A stretch of 64,000 nt of DNA, taken from assembly GCA_964016885.1 (NCBI GenBank), contig OZ024747.1, positions 81,406,001 to 81,470,000 of the forward strand, in the 5' to 3' direction. The notes below the pieces were generated by a model. That model was not told the origin of the DNA. It searched no databases and worked only from the letters and a program-made list of their open reading frames with translations. A program made the translations under genes and the position numbers. This document shows positions 21,811 to 36,150 of the stretch, piece by piece. Every line of letters begins with the position of its first letter. Position 1 is the stretch's first letter. This stretch comes from Eledone cirrhosa. Taxonomy: Eukaryota.

Positions 21811-24654
21811 CAGAGAAGAAGAAATAATGTTATCCTTAGTGATACAAAGAAGAGATGAAAAAAAATAGAACGAACCTTGACAAAAATCAAGTAAGAAGCT
21901 GGAAGTCCCTAATGATGAGGTGCCAACTACCTTGGATGCCTAGGTCCTACAGTAATCCAATGGATTAACAAAAGACTACTTTGATGATTGAGCTAAAAAA
22001 GGGCAAACCACACGCTGTGCTTATTGAAGACTAGATAAAGGACAAATACCTAGAGCCTCATCGGAGCGTAGATAATTGCTAAAGAGTATATGTGTGGTCT
22101 ATCAACGACTAAAGGATTACAACCAGTTGAGGTAAGGCTAATAATGCTGATGTGTAGTGTCAGATTTGTAAATGGTGATCAGACCAGAAGGTAGTCAGAA
22201 CTGATCATTCCTAAGTGGTGACTCCTGACACTTCTATTGGTGCATTTCTTTATTTATACATTTTTTGTAGCAACTTTTAATCTATTTCAATATATTTTTC
22301 TACAGTTTTGTTTCAGGGCTGTATATTATATGTATGTACATTTCTTTCCTATAATACATTTCGTATTTTATATACGGGTCCTTGTGGACAATAATATACT
22401 ATTATTATTGAAATTAAGTAGAAATAGAAGTGTTCCCTGTCAATACTCATCCTTTAGAATACTGCGAAAGCTTCTTTTTCTACTTAATTTCAAACTCTGC
22501 TCACTGTCTTCAAGACAAACACTTGCATTATTATGATTATTATTATTATATGGTTTCAGAAATTTGAAAACATGTCAAGAAAACTTTTATTTATTTCAGT
22601 TATTTATGTTACAAGTTTGCAAAACACATTTGATATTAATTCCCAAATCTTCTGAACATAGAAAATAATGTTGCTTAAAAGGACTCTCCACAGAAAACTC
22701 AAGAAATATCTACTCAAATAAAAAGATGAAAATAAAACTGCAAACAGTAATTTTGATATATTCTAGAACGTCAGAAAGCTATGCTGAAGGTGGCATTATG
22801 TAAGCAGAAACAATTCAAAATGAATTTTTCCTTCAAGAATAAATAATATCAAGCAAAGCTATATATTTAAAGATAATGAAAATATTTTCTGCTTTTGAGC
22901 TGATGATGGGGGTGCCCATTCTATTTTAAATCTAATGGGTTTGATAGCTGTATGAATGACAGGTAAATGGAAGTGAAAAATGCAGTTAATTTATTATAAT
23001 TATAAAGATAGCAGTAGTTGATTAAAAACTGGAGAACAATATCAAGATGTCAGATGTGAAGCAAATGATGAGGCTATCCAGGCAGTCATTTAATCATTTA
23101 GAAATAGTAACCAAATATTTCTTTTATCACATCCTGCTATCTTAAAAAGAAAACAAAAACAGGGAAAATAACAGATAATGCAGTCTTATTATATACACTA
23201 TACCAGAAACAATGCTTGATAGTCATGACTGGTATGCCATTTAACATAAATCTCCTTAATCAGAGCTTACCTGGAATTACCTAACAACAGTAAATATCAG
23301 ATGTGTTTTATTTAATCTGATTCAAGTTTTGTTACATACACTGTTTTACTGTAGAGTAAATATAGCTTTGGTAGCTAGATCTGGGTTCAGTAGCAAGAAG
23401 AAACCTATGTTAACTTTGGACCTCAGAATGTCATTTTCCACCATAAAGTTGGGTTGAAGGAGTCATGCCTCAACCATGCATAGGATGAAAATTGGGATGA
23501 AAGAATTATGCCACCCCCTCACACCCCATGAGGTAGAATGGCTAATGTAGCAGGTAATAAATAATAGGTTGCATGGGTTCTGCAGTAATGCTTTTGCCAT
23601 CTCGTCCATGGGTGCAGCTGAGTCACGCATGTAGTGTTTGCTCCCTCTCAATTTATCACCCCACACTTTTCTCATGTTTCTTTGTCATTACAATATAAAT
23701 ACATTTTAAATGCTTCATCTTTAAAGATTAGTGTATTTTGTTGTCATCTTTCTATTTATGTATTTATTTCTGTAGCATTATTTTCATGTGGAGAGACCTT
23801 TAAACAACCTTTGTTTCTAAACTTGGAAGATTTAAGAAATAATATTCAAAGAAAAGTGTTTTGTCAATTTCATCTGAAAACCTGTAACATATAAAAATGT
23901 ACTTGTCATGTCATCACTTATATTAATAAATAGAAGATATTCTAAATTGGAGAATATTGATGTAAAGGCAGTAACTCTTTAATTGACAGAGATAGATGTA
24001 GATCTAATATCTATATTTGATCCTTGATCCAAATCTATCTGGATATTATATTTCAGCATGAGGAAAAACTGTGTAGTCCTTGACAGAAATACATTTAGAA
24101 TCACCAGCAACAAGTGAACGAATTCCAGTTCAATTCAATCCTGTTTATTTCTCAAATATTTATGGAAAGGTGATTTATTGCCAAATAAAAACTATATGGT
24201 CCATAATAATGGTTAACATTAGAAGCAACATTCTGCTGTAAATGCAACAGCTCCAGCAAAGTGCATCAGTATCCGAAAATTGATGTAAAACAATACTGAC
24301 AGTAAATCTTAAATTAGATTACATATTTCTTTACATTTACAAGTCATATGCAAGGCTCATGATACAGTTTTAAAAATTAACCATAAAGTATTGCATTGCT
24401 TCCTGCCAAAGCAAATAATTTCTTTTGACATGGCCAAATATAGTAGCATAAGAAATTATAGTGAGTTGATTTACCTTCAGAATCCAGACTTTATTAGTTT
24501 ATGGAAGAGGAAATTTGCCTATAATCTCTGCAAGATTATCTCAAATAGGAGGTTTGGATAATTTTGTTTAGGTTGATACTGTTAGATGGTGAATTGTTAT
24601 AGGATTATTCCTCTAGGGATTCAGTTTAGGGAAAATAGTTTAGTATGAAAAGGA

Positions 24655-25115
24655 GAGGTTGGTGTAAAAGCCAAACTTGTTATCTTCAATTCAGTATTCA
24701 TGTTAACCCTTACCTATGTTCATGAATCTTGGGTAATGGCTGACAGAATACGATCACAAATACAAGCAACCAAAATGGGACTCCTCTGAAGGGTCTTGGG
24801 AGTAATATTACTCAATAGAGTGCATAGGTTGGAGATCAGAGAGCCACTCCAATTAGAGCTACTACTCCTCTAAATTGAAATATCACAGTTCTGATATACA
24901 GTGTGTGGTCAGAATGTCTCAGGAAAGAATTAATAGACAGATCTTACAGGGGCCAGTCCTCCAGCAAGATGTTTGGATAATATCCATAGCTCAGCTGGTC
25001 TTGCTTTGGGATCCAGTCGGATCAATTGGAGATTGCTGTGTCTGACAGGACCTGCTGAAAGGAGTGTTTGAGGACTGCCCCCAGGACCCTCTCAGGAATA
25101 TATTGATGAAGAAGA
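24655..25115 (+). pseudogene. Degenerate RTE-clade LINE ORF C-terminus (different, older family)
   Basis: Remnant KAKLVIFNSVF..LTY.HESWVM..RIRSQIQA..MG.L.RV.GV.LL.RV...EIRE.LQLE.LLL with stops. Confidence 0.7.
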
Positions 25116-25305
25116 AGAAGAGCTTAGTATGAAGTTTTGAGAAGACAGATGCTTTGGTTGTGTTATGATGAGTTGGAAGATTCAGTAAAGTAGAGATAAT
25201 TGTAATGATAGTGAAGAAGAAACAGAAAAACAACACTTGATCAAACTATAGAGTGCTTGATAGCTTGCTCATCAAACACGCCTTTCTCAATGTAGTGCAG
25301 ATAGT

Positions 25306-26494
25306 CATCATCATCATCATCATCACCGTTTTACGTCCGTTCTTCCACGCTAGCATGGGTTAGACGGGTTGTCCTGTTGTGGGCAGTGTCTGGTCGGCTG
25401 ACCATGCCTTGCTCATACAGGAACTGATCTGGCTTGATTTCTACAGCTGGATGCCCTTCCTAACACCAACCTCATTTACAGTGAGTGCTGGGTGCTTTTT
25501 CGTGGCGCCTACACGTCCACTTTACAGTGTGGGCTGGGTGCTTTTTTGCCGTGGCACCTCCACGACCACCTTGCGGTGGGGGGGGGGGGCATATTGTTTA
25601 TATGCTTCAGCATGTACCCATGGGAGGTCGGGTACCCTGTATTACTGCGTGACGCCAGAAGTCACGGTCGTGTGTCATTGACTTTGAGAGGTGTAGTTGG
25701 GTAAGGTCGGCTTTTATCACCTCATCCGAAGTCATCTTGGGTCTCCCCACTCCGCGGTTTCCATCAACTTCTAGTGCTCTGCACCTTTTTATGCAGCTGT
25801 CATCCTTCATACGCATCACATGTCCATACCAGCGTAACCGCCTCTCCTGCACGCAGCATTTGATTCCTCTTATGCTCAGTCTCTCTCTCAATTCATTTAT
25901 GCTTTGTCGTTCACGTATATTACTGTTACACATCCATCGGAGCATGCAGGCTTCGTTTCTCTCTAATCTACGTAAGTCTTCCACCTTCAGCGCCCAGGTC
26001 TCACTACCATGCAACATCGCTGTTCGGATACACGCATCATACAGTCTGCCTTTCATTCTGAGGGAGAAGCCTTTTGCAGCTAGCAGTGGTAGTAGTTCCC
26101 TAAACTTCTTCCATCCCGTTCTTACCCTAGTTATTGTACTTTCTGAGCACCCACCTCCGTTGCTAATTCGGTCACCTAGGTAGCAGAAGCTGTCTACTGT
26201 TTCTACAGGGCCCTCCCAGAGATTGGTGGTACTTGTTTCCTGTGGCTGTTTGCTTGCTGTTTCAGCACAGCTGCTGCATGTGAATCCTACATTCTTAATT
26301 AAGCTTCCTGAGATCCCGCTACATCTCTTGTGTACCCATTGTTTGCATTTGGGGCAAAGAATGGAGTTCCTACCTACACCTTTCCTACATACTGAGCAAG
26401 GCCATTTCCCTGAGGGGATCTGGGTTCTGTTTTCTCGTCTACTTATAAGGACCTTAGTCTTTGTCATGTTGACTTTGAGGCCCTTTCTCTCTAG
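25306..26494 (-). mobile_element. 5'-truncated RTE LINE with PHD finger; open C-terminal ORF, 3' UTR and (GAT)n tail
   Basis: LERKGLKVNMTKTKVL, PHD-type Cys/His pattern, VDSFCYLGD, MLHGSETW, RRLRWYGHVMRM, GRPK. Confidence 0.95.
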
Positions 26495-28044
26495 TGTGTA
26501 TGCATATATGTGTGTTTTGTATTTATTTGTGGTGTGTGTGTAAGTGTGTGTTTGCATGATGGAGGTGAGTGAAGATGTTCTTATAAATACCTAAACATTG
26601 AGATACACACTTACTTATTGTATATATGATTGACCTGAAAGTCATTTGCAGAAAATGAAATTTTTTCGCTATGTGGCTTTTATTATTTGAGAGAATATAG
26701 TGTTGTCTAAGTATTTTATTGATATGTATAGTATATTTATATTGTGCTGTTGGTGCTAGTGAAAAGAACTAGGTTATTATGTTCCTATTTCTGAATATAT
26801 TCAATTTTTTTTTGTGATGTTTACCCAGTGCAAACTTTGGAGTTTATGAAAGATTGGCCTCTTCCCAATAATTTTGGAAGGAGTTAACACATGGTGTTAC
26901 TTGAATTGATATGTTTGATGTTAGAAGTAACAACGCACAATTTTTAATACCATATTTCTAATGAGATATAACAAATATTTTTCAATTAAGTTTGTCAATG
27001 TGCAATAATTTGATGAGATTTAGTAAAATAACTACCACGTTATTAGCCTGGCATTTAGTACTCAGCTGCATAAAGATATTCCTCCATGACATTAGGATTT
27101 TTAATTTAAATACTTTAAAATGGGGTTTGTGGTAGAACTAGGGTAGTTATGGTGTAAAACGAGTTAATGTCAAAATGATGTGCAATAAAGTTGATAGAGA
27201 GAATCCTGTTGATAGATTTCTGACAGGAAACCTCCAGTTTCAGGGATGTGAGATAAGTGGTGTCTATAAATGGCTATTGTTATTGTCACATGGCAATATA
27301 TAGAACAGCTATAAGTGGAAATATAACAACCAGTTTAGAATAGACAAATACCACAAAATGGTTGCACAGAAGAAGCAGAAGCAAAAGACTAGAAAGAAAG
27401 AAAAATCCAATTGAAGCGAGTGACATAAAAGAGGGGGAAATGTTGGGAAAGAAATCTTTAATGTAGATGAAGCTGCAAATGTGAGCGATTAAACAAATTA
27501 ATTATGATAGGTAAATTGTCATGTAGAAAATAATGTAAATATTGATGGAGGATGGAATGATCTTGCTGCTTCTGTTGCTTCTAATGAACAAACAGATTGT
27601 GATAAACAGAAGCAGTGGGAACCAGTGGATATACATTGCAAGCCATATCCCTGATGAGAGTGAGTGAAGTGGGCAACAAAGACAGGGGTGGATATCCTAT
27701 ACAGGATATGACACTGGGAGAGCAGTGTTCATGTAAAATATAATGGAAATTAGATGTTGATGATGGTAGTCAGATAAAGATGGTGGGGGATAAGAAAGTG
27801 CCACAAAGAAGAATGTTGCAATGACTTGAAAAGGTAATTAATACTGAGACTGATAATAATGATGTTGAGATAATTATTACTGATAACAATGATGAAGACA
27901 ACAATGATGAAGATGGTGCTGATAGCAATTATGAAGGAAAGATAAGGATAAATGGCCATAATAATGATGTGGATTAAAGATAATAGATGATGATGATGAT
28001 GATGATACTACTGCCCCTACTACTATTGCTACTACTACTACTAA

Positions 28045-28395
28045 TAATAATAATAATAATAATAATAATGTTTTCTTTATTAATCACAAGGGTTGACATA
28101 AAGTATATGGCACAAATGGACATTTCTGCGTGTAAAGAAAAAAACAAAGGAAATGACAAAAAAAAGAAAAAAAGGAAAATTTCCCAATAGGGAGAGACTT
28201 CTGTTGGACATTCGTGGAGAAAGCTGATTAAAAAAGCCACAGTGACCCTGACCACCAGGGCAAGTGCCTCCTCCCAGTTTTCCACCTTCAATTTACAGTG
28301 CATACTCAGAGCAGGCCCATTCACTCAGGCCATGCTTGCCTCTCTCACCCATCTTTCAAAAAATTGCTTGGAAGAGAGCACCTCCCTCTCCACCA
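28045..28395 (-). mobile_element. Tx1/L1-like LINE 3' fragment (diverged relative of 28830-29438)
   Basis: Shares CACCCTGACCACCAGGGCAAG, TTCCCAATAGGG and the terminal sequence with the 29-kb copy. Lies in (AAT)n. Confidence 0.6.
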
Positions 28396-28599
28396 ATAAT
28401 AATGAATAATAAGAATAAAAGATAGCACTACTAGGCAGTGCATACATATTACAAAAAGTATTATCAATACAACAGACACAACATCAGTAAAAACTTCACT
28501 GCTCAAACACAAGGCACACAGAGCTGTGCTCGGTAAAGCAGTAATGATGCATAATAAAAATAATAATGGAAATAATAATAATAATAATGATAATAATAG

Positions 28600-28830
28600 A
28601 TCAAAGTCGTCCCAATTGTCATAGGAGCACTAGGTACTATCTCAAGGAGTTTCCAAGGATGGTTAAAGAAGATTAGTCCAGCTCCGTTTTTTGGAACACT
28701 TCAAAAGGCATGCTTGCTGGGAACAGCAAGAACCCTCCTATGCAACCTGAATATCTGAGACTGCAGGTAGCAGCTTGATATTCACTTCAACAAACTTTCC
28801 AGTTAAATAACATCAATGACTGAGACTCAA
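28600..28830 (+). mobile_element. R4/Dong-like LINE 3' fragment (restriction-like endonuclease C-terminus)
   Basis: KVVPIVIGALGTISRSFQGWLKKI...TLQKACLLGTART, flanked on both sides by (TAA)n. Confidence 0.78.
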
Positions 28831-29438
28831 ATAATAATAATAATAATAATAATGATAATAATGATAATAATAATAATAATGATGATTTCTTTATTGGCCA
28901 CAAGGGCTGACATCAAGAAAAACATTACAGATGGCACAGGACGGTACGATGTGGGTTTTGTGTGTGTAAATATTTTTATTATTTATATAAGAAAAGAAAA
29001 AAAGGACATAGAAACATATATATATATAAACAATAAAAATGAAAATTGAAACAATGAAAAATTCCCCAATAGGGGGGAAACCTCTGAGGGTTACTCATGG
29101 CAAAAACCACACAAAAGACCACGGCCACCCTGACCACCAGGGCAAGCGCCCTCTCTCAATTTTTCCATTTCTCAAACTACAGACGTATATTCCGAGCGGT
29201 CCCGTTCACTCGGACCATTCTCGCTACATTCACCCACCTTTCAACAAACTTGCTAGAAGGCAGCACTTGCCTCTCCACCCTGATTTTCCTTTTCAAGTGA
29301 AACTTGAAAAAGTTAATTAGGGATTCGTTAAAGAGAAAGTGTCTGTCTTTAACCCTTTCAACCTTGTCCACCACATAATCTCTTTCGCCATGGCTACCAG
29401 GCAGATGAAAACTGCCTGCCCTTCCTCCTCGAAAGAAA
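28830..29438 (-). mobile_element. Tx1/L1-like LINE 3' fragment
   Basis: Minus frames give AVFICLVAMAKEIMWWTRLKG and LINFFKFHLKRKIRVERQVL..KFVERW, then a UTR and (ATT)n tail. The clade call is from recalled similarity only. Confidence 0.65.
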
Positions 29439-30262
29439 ATAATAATGGCAGTTAGAGGGATAATAGTAATTATTGTATCAGGATAAAGGAGATAAAATAG
29501 CGAATGTAAGGATAAAGATTAACTACTCAGCTTGGGAAACATGACAATGATGATAAAGTAACATGATGAAAACAAGATATCTACTTTTTTTTTATCTCCA
29601 TATTACATTTTAATATTCTTAATATTCTTTCTCTAGTCTATCAACATCTCACCATCTCTCATCTGTTTATTAACACAAAAGATGACCTAGATTAAAATGA
29701 TAAGAGTTGCATACTTCTTAGAAAAAGACAAACAAATGCTGTGTCCAGAGAATAATGGTTTCCTTAAAATATTGGATGGTTTCTGCTGGAATGCCTTTGG
29801 TTATTGGTTTACTCTACAAGGCTGATTTGGTGCTAAACAACTACAAAAATAAAATGACAATAATTCTTTCTATCTTTTCTAGGTACAATGCCGTGATTTA
29901 AAGTTTTGGGGACACCAGTTATTGCCATTAGCTGTTCCGTGTCATTTACAGAATTTTAGCTTAAAATGTAGACAGACACAAATAAATAGGGGACATCATT
30001 GCAAATAGCACTTTACCATTTCTATCAACATGCTGTGTTTCATGACAACAAGGACAACAACAGCATCAAGGCTCAACAACAATATATTTCTATCAATATT
30101 AATGACAAAAAAACAGAATATAGCAGCTACATACTTAGAGCATAAACAGTAACACCATCAACAGTTATGTCAACAATATCACTGACAGAAATAACATGTA
30201 TAGTGAAAACATCATAGTAATTCACATCCATAGACATCATACATTGCCAGTAAAGATCCCAT

Positions 30263-30305
<43 letters not shown>

Positions 30306-31740
30306 ACAACAGTAGCATAACACAGCAATATTATAAATAGTAACAACAACAGAAAAAAAAACTCCCAAAACATCAATGGTAGGAAATATAATAAAGAAAC
30401 AAGCAATATATATGAGCAACAACAAATATAATGAGAGAACAAGCTGACACAAATCAATTTGAAAATCAATGCAGTGTTAAGTGAAGTCATTTTCCAAACT
30501 GAAATGTGTGGATGTAACAATGTTTATACATCAGTTATTTTCATATGGACAGTGCAGCTGGCAACACCCAAAAACTTGTCTACTGTAAAATCATGTGAAA
30601 ATGGCTCGAGCATAAATCTCTTTTCTTTTGATAACTACTATATCTACCCACTTCACTTTAATCCATTGATACTTTTTTACAGCTTGAGAATAGTTCTGTC
30701 CAGCAACCATTATCAGAGCTGTCAGCAGACATGGTTTATAAAGGGTTAGCACTTTGATAATAGAATTCATAGCCAGGCTACTTATATGTAGTAACCATTA
30801 TACAGGGCAGGCTACCAGCTGCTACAATAATGAAAAAGTTAACTAACTGACAATGGGATCAACAGCTTAAAACAGCTATATGTTGTACTCATTACATAAT
30901 GCTGTTAATTTATGCAGGTGTGAAAGGATTACAGAATTCAGAATAGGATTTATAGGTATAGAATGGAATTTATTAGCCATTAAACAATGCTACCAATAGT
31001 TGTGGACATGAGAGCAATAACATACTAACCATGACATTTACAATTAGAAATATTGTATATAGATATGTGTAATAGTCATGGTGCTAACAGTAATTGTGGT
31101 CACAAAAGCATTAAAACACTGATAAGAGAATTTTTGAATTTCGAAGAGTTATTATATGTAGTAACTATTATACAATGATTCTGTGCTGCTAGTAATTGAG
31201 AAGATGAAAGGGTTAACACATTGTCAACTAGATTTGCAATCAGAATAAGTTATATGATGCTCTGAAGCTCTATATTGTAGCCATTATGTTGGGCTGTCAG
31301 AGCAGCTTCAAACTCGAAAGTGTGAATTAGCATTTGAAAGCAGATTTCATGTCTAACAGTGAGATATCAAAAGCAGAACAGGATATTAGGTACAGATAAT
31401 GAATAACGTGATGATATGAAAATAGCAAGAGACTATAAAATTGAAATCATTTACATCTATGTAAAATAACCTATGTCTCTATATAATGTTATGCCATGAA
31501 ACATGCTGGTATTTTTTTTGTGTGTTCAACTTTTCATATTATACTTTGAAACATTGGTTTTATTTGAACATTGTTGTTTTTGTTTTGTTTTCCCCTTTCT
31601 AGTAAATAATTATCTTAGGGAAACACAAGAGAACAATATTATCAAACATTTCTGATTATGTGATTTGTTTAATATTTTTTACCCCTTTTGGTATTGGTCA
31701 TCAATAGCAGTAGTGGCAAATATATATATTTATATATATA

Positions 31741-31820
31741 ACAAAGGAAGTGTGGTAAGGAACCAGATGGACCATAACGCACCAGAGTACTCAATACTTA
31801 GGGTAGTAGAGTCGGTAATA
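31741..31820 (-). mobile_element. Tail-only fragment of the hairpin element family (6488/37998)
   Basis: GTGGTAAGGAACCAGATGGACCATAACGCACCAGAGTACTCAATACTTAGGGTAGTAGAG nearly identical to 6499-6559. Confidence 0.8.
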
Positions 31821-31922
31821 GATTAAACATTTTCCTATATTTAATTTGCTTGAAGCATTGTATATGATATATAAAGTGGAAAGAGATATAAGGCTAAACA
31901 AATCAAAATGAACTGTAAAATG

Positions 31923-31975
<53 letters not shown>

Positions 31976-31997
31976 TCATTACTATTTAATGTATATA

Positions 31998-32096
31998 CAT
32001 GGTTTCCCCCAAAAATGTATACAAACTTTGATTACCCGTACGTGCAATATTTATTACAATGCTGTTGAAGTTTGTATACATTTTTGGGGAACCCTG
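31998..32096. mobile_element. Tc1/mariner-type MITE
   Basis: ~30-bp TIRs CA.GGTTTCCCCCAAAAATGTATACAAACTT / AAGTTTGTATACATTTTTGGGGAACCCTG, with TA on both sides. Confidence 0.82.
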
Positions 32097-33177
32097 TATT
32101 TTTATATACAAAACAGCTACGTAAAAATGTTTGCCTTTGGCTTTTTAAAATTCACATCTTGCTTCTAAACAATAGCTTAAGTCCAGTGAGATATAATTCA
32201 CTGTTGTTAGTCATTTCCTCATTTCTGTTTCATATTTTCTTTATTTTGATGAACTATTTCAGGAGATGATTTCTCCAAAAATTCTTAATGCAAAATCGTT
32301 ATTTTAATATCAGAATTTAGAGTGGTGTATGCTTTGTTCACTAGCTTCTAATGGAACATAATACTCCAAGTACTACTATTTCTATTTACAAATTGTGTAG
32401 AATCTCAGATGTACTATGGTTATCACTTCAACTTAGCACTTCCACACCCTTTCACCCCCAATCTGAAGAGAAAGTAGTCCACAATTCTTTTCCCTTCTGT
32501 GGCTAAGATGATTTATTTATTTGACTGGAGGTAGCAATAGTTTTCAACTAGGAATATTTGACCCTGAGTAAGTGCCCACTATTTGCTGTCAGGTGCAGAA
32601 GGTCTAGTGTTGCATAAGGTTTGGTGATATCTTTTATCTCTCAACAAATGAACAGCCACGCCTGGTTTCTGTCTCTGCCTCCCCCTATCTCTCTCTCACA
32701 CACACACTGTACCTCTCTCAAACATCTCTCTGTTTCTCTTTCACACACACTGTACCTCTCTCAAACATCTCTCTATTTCTCTAGCACACACATGCACACA
32801 CTCTCTCTTCCCCAACGGACTACTGCTTTATCATGTTCTTCTAACTTTACTCTTAGAGGTTATTTGATTTCAAATTTATATTCCCTCCAACAATTGTATA
32901 GATGGAATACACACAGTTCTTAGTTATAATCTTTTCTAATTGAGGTTTTGTTCAAGAGAGATGTTAACAAAGAGTAAACCTGATGTTCCATACTAACTGT
33001 AGATCTTCTTCAATGTCACAATAATAGAAATGGAACAACATTGGAAGATAAGACCATTGAAATAATCAACACATATGCTTGGTTCTAATAACATCCTCAG
33101 AAAACCTAGCATAGATATGAACACGATATAGAAGCCTTTAATTAAGAAAGAAAAAAACATTAAGCGAAAGACCTTAA

Positions 33178-33396
33178 CCCTTTAGCATTTAAACGGTCAT
33201 ATCCAGCCAGAATTCTCTCACCTCTTTCTGTTCAAACTTTATCTAACTAGCCAGTCATACTGGTGGTAAGGTATTGTTCTCAAAATGAATAATATCAAAA
33301 TCTCATAGATTCAATATTATGTGAGATAATTATGTGAGATAAACCTTTGCCATGAAAATACAATAGTAAATATAGAGTAATGCAAATACTAAAGGG
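33178..33396 (+). mobile_element. piggyBac-type MITE (TTAA TSD)
   Basis: TTAA|CCCTTTAGCATTT ... AAATACTAAAGGG|TTAA. Related copies at about 44043, 52750 and 53380. Confidence 0.85.
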
Positions 33397-35854
33397 TTAA
33401 AGAAATCAAGAAAAAAGCTGAGGTGTAAGGCACCTATATTTCATCATATAATTGCCCCACAGGACAATAGCACACTCAGTATAGCCATTGGTTAAGTGTG
33501 CAAGTCTAACTATTGTTCATGAGTTCGATCCTTAGATAAGTGTATTTACTCAAGTTCAAATGAAACAAGCAAACAATATCACATGTATTTAATGCATGCA
33601 AGGATATGCCAGATGTGAGGTGACTTTACCTCTGTAGTTTGAATAGAGGGTTCAGTTCAAAACAACATTGAACATTACTGAAAATGACAGGCACCTGAAT
33701 AAAACCCAGAGGTTTACAACTGCTGAAGCATTGGATGACAGCTAAATATGACCTCAGCAGTGCTAGAACTCAAAAATCTAACTGATTACTCCTCAGCAAT
33801 TCAAACAAAAAAATTTATGAAAACACTATTGATCTCTTTTGATAGATTATTTGTTAGTATTGAGGCCTATATTGATTGATAGATGAAAGTTGAGTCTAAT
33901 TACAAAGAACAATGACATTAATTTTACTCTTTTACTAGAATTATTAGCTTATTTAAATGTATAATTATTTCATTACCAATATGTTCTACTCAAAATATTA
34001 ATTTAACAATCATATAAATCGTTAAAAATCATGTTTTTTAATATAAGTAAAAATACTGTTGACAAGTATATTTCAACAAACTGACTCAGAGTAAATATGT
34101 TTTATTGAATACTTTTTCAAATAGATGTCAAATCAAAAAGGTTACATAACTACTTGTATATACTCATAATGTCTCATAAATTCAATATATTTCATTTACA
34201 TATGTGAATCTATATATTTTGTAATATTTCCTGAGAAAGTTAATTATATATTCTGTTTAAACTATGAAAATGTTCAAAACATTGTTGTCATACTATATAG
34301 AATCGATTTTATTCAATAATTGTTGAGTCATCTCTAACACATTAACAGTAAAACAAGAATTTCTCAGATTTTATTATTTATTCAATTTAGCTTTTCTGAT
34401 TTATAAGCTGAAAATTAGTCATTGGCATCCTTTAAGGTGAGTTAACACTTTTTGCACGAGTGTGTTATTAATGATTTATAGTTTTGGCACAAAGCCACAA
34501 ATTTTCAGAATCAAAGTATAGTCAATTAATTGGTCTTTACTATTTTAATGGTACACATTTTACTAAAGCCTGAAGAAGAAAAAAAACACAGCTGACCTCA
34601 GTTTAATTTGAAGTTAGAATGTAAAGAGAGATATTTGAATATCAGAAGCTATTTTGACAATTCTGTCATACACTCATCTATGATGATTGTGCATTCTTTA
34701 AATGGTTTCAGTCATTTGACTGTGGAAATACCAACCACAATAAGGTATACCAAACTATACATTACTATAACATATAGCTGCCTACAAAAAACAAAACCTA
34801 CACCCTATCTTGCACACACATATCTCTCCCTCTCTCTATATATATGTATTCATTTATTATGGCTTAACAGTGAGTCTTGTTACTCTAGAGTTTCAAACAT
34901 GCTAAATCCAAGCTCCTCACTTTCATATGATTCTGTATTCTACTGAATGAACCAAGTGCATTGTTTATCTTGGAATCAGCCCAAGAAAGGTTGGCATGTT
35001 TTTAAAATGGCTTCAGAGTCCGCCCAACACTTTATTTGGGACGTTTTCTATGGATAGATACGTTTGCAATTAACAACCACTTTATAAAGGGTACTTGGTA
35101 TGTTTACCATATTGATCACAAACACTAGAGAGGTTTATCTTGCTTGTGACAAAACTTATTTCAAGATTTTTTCACAGAGAAAAATAGAGAAAAATAATGT
35201 GTGTGTGTGTGTGTATACATACATATATATATATATATAATTTTTTGTGTGTATGCATATACAAATACAGATATATATACATACATAGATAGAATATCAG
35301 ATAGCTGAAATACAATGCAAAATATGATACATACAAAAATTCTACCTTATTAGGTCAAATACTACTTCTCCAGATTGATGTTCTATGTCTTCAATAGAAA
35401 ATATTAAAATATGTCTGACAGTCTATTTTCATTTCATCCAGTCAAAAGAAGAGCTTGAATAGCACTTGGAATCTCTGAGGAGGTATGTCTATATTTCAGT
35501 TATTACAGTCTTTTGTGGTTTATGTCATACTTGGCAGTACATTACATAAATATGATGTTACATTGATATGTGAATAGTAGCAAAACTTCAATAACAACTA
35601 CTAATAAAATACTTTACAAAAATATCCAGCCTATATATCATTATACCTATTTTTTTTATTTTTAAAAATAACTCCAAGACAATATCGTAGTTAGTCTATT
35701 AAAGAAAATAAAGACAACGGTCTCATCTTCCAGGATAAAGAAAAATATTGGTGCTTCAAAGAAAATCACTTTCAACATAAAAATCTATTTTCTAAAAATG
35801 TAGAGCAAGTGATTCTTTGAGTTTTCTTAATCTATTCTAATGCAATATTAATAA

Positions 35855-36150
35855 TAATGGTTTCTACTTTAGGCACATGGCCAACAATATTAGGGGGGGG
35901 GGGGGGGGGGGAAAAGTCAATTAAATCGATCCCAGTGCATTACTGGTATTTTATTTCATTGACCTTTAAAGATGGACGGCAAAATTAACCTCAACAAGAT
36001 TTGAAATCAAAATTACTGGTACTTTATTTCATTGACCCCGTAACGATAAAAGGCAAAGTTAACCTCGGTGGGATTTGAACTCAGAACATGAAGAACTGTA
36101 ACTCTATGCCATGAAGCCTTTTGTTTCACACTCTACCGATACTGCCAAAT
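35855..36150 (-). mobile_element. Family-1 SINE variant with duplicated core
   Basis: Two consecutive TTACTGGTAC..AAAGGCAAAGTTAACCTC..GATTTGAA units. Confidence 0.75.

Noticed and set aside
27645-27710. CTGATGAG as a hammerhead core (also 39821, 50546)
   Set aside because: No matching helix II + GAAA + helix III arrangement.
29870-29970. Possible plus-strand exon after ttttctag
   Set aside because: No recognisable domain or donor. The start resembles a decayed SINE tail (TTTCTA..GG.ACAA.GCC).
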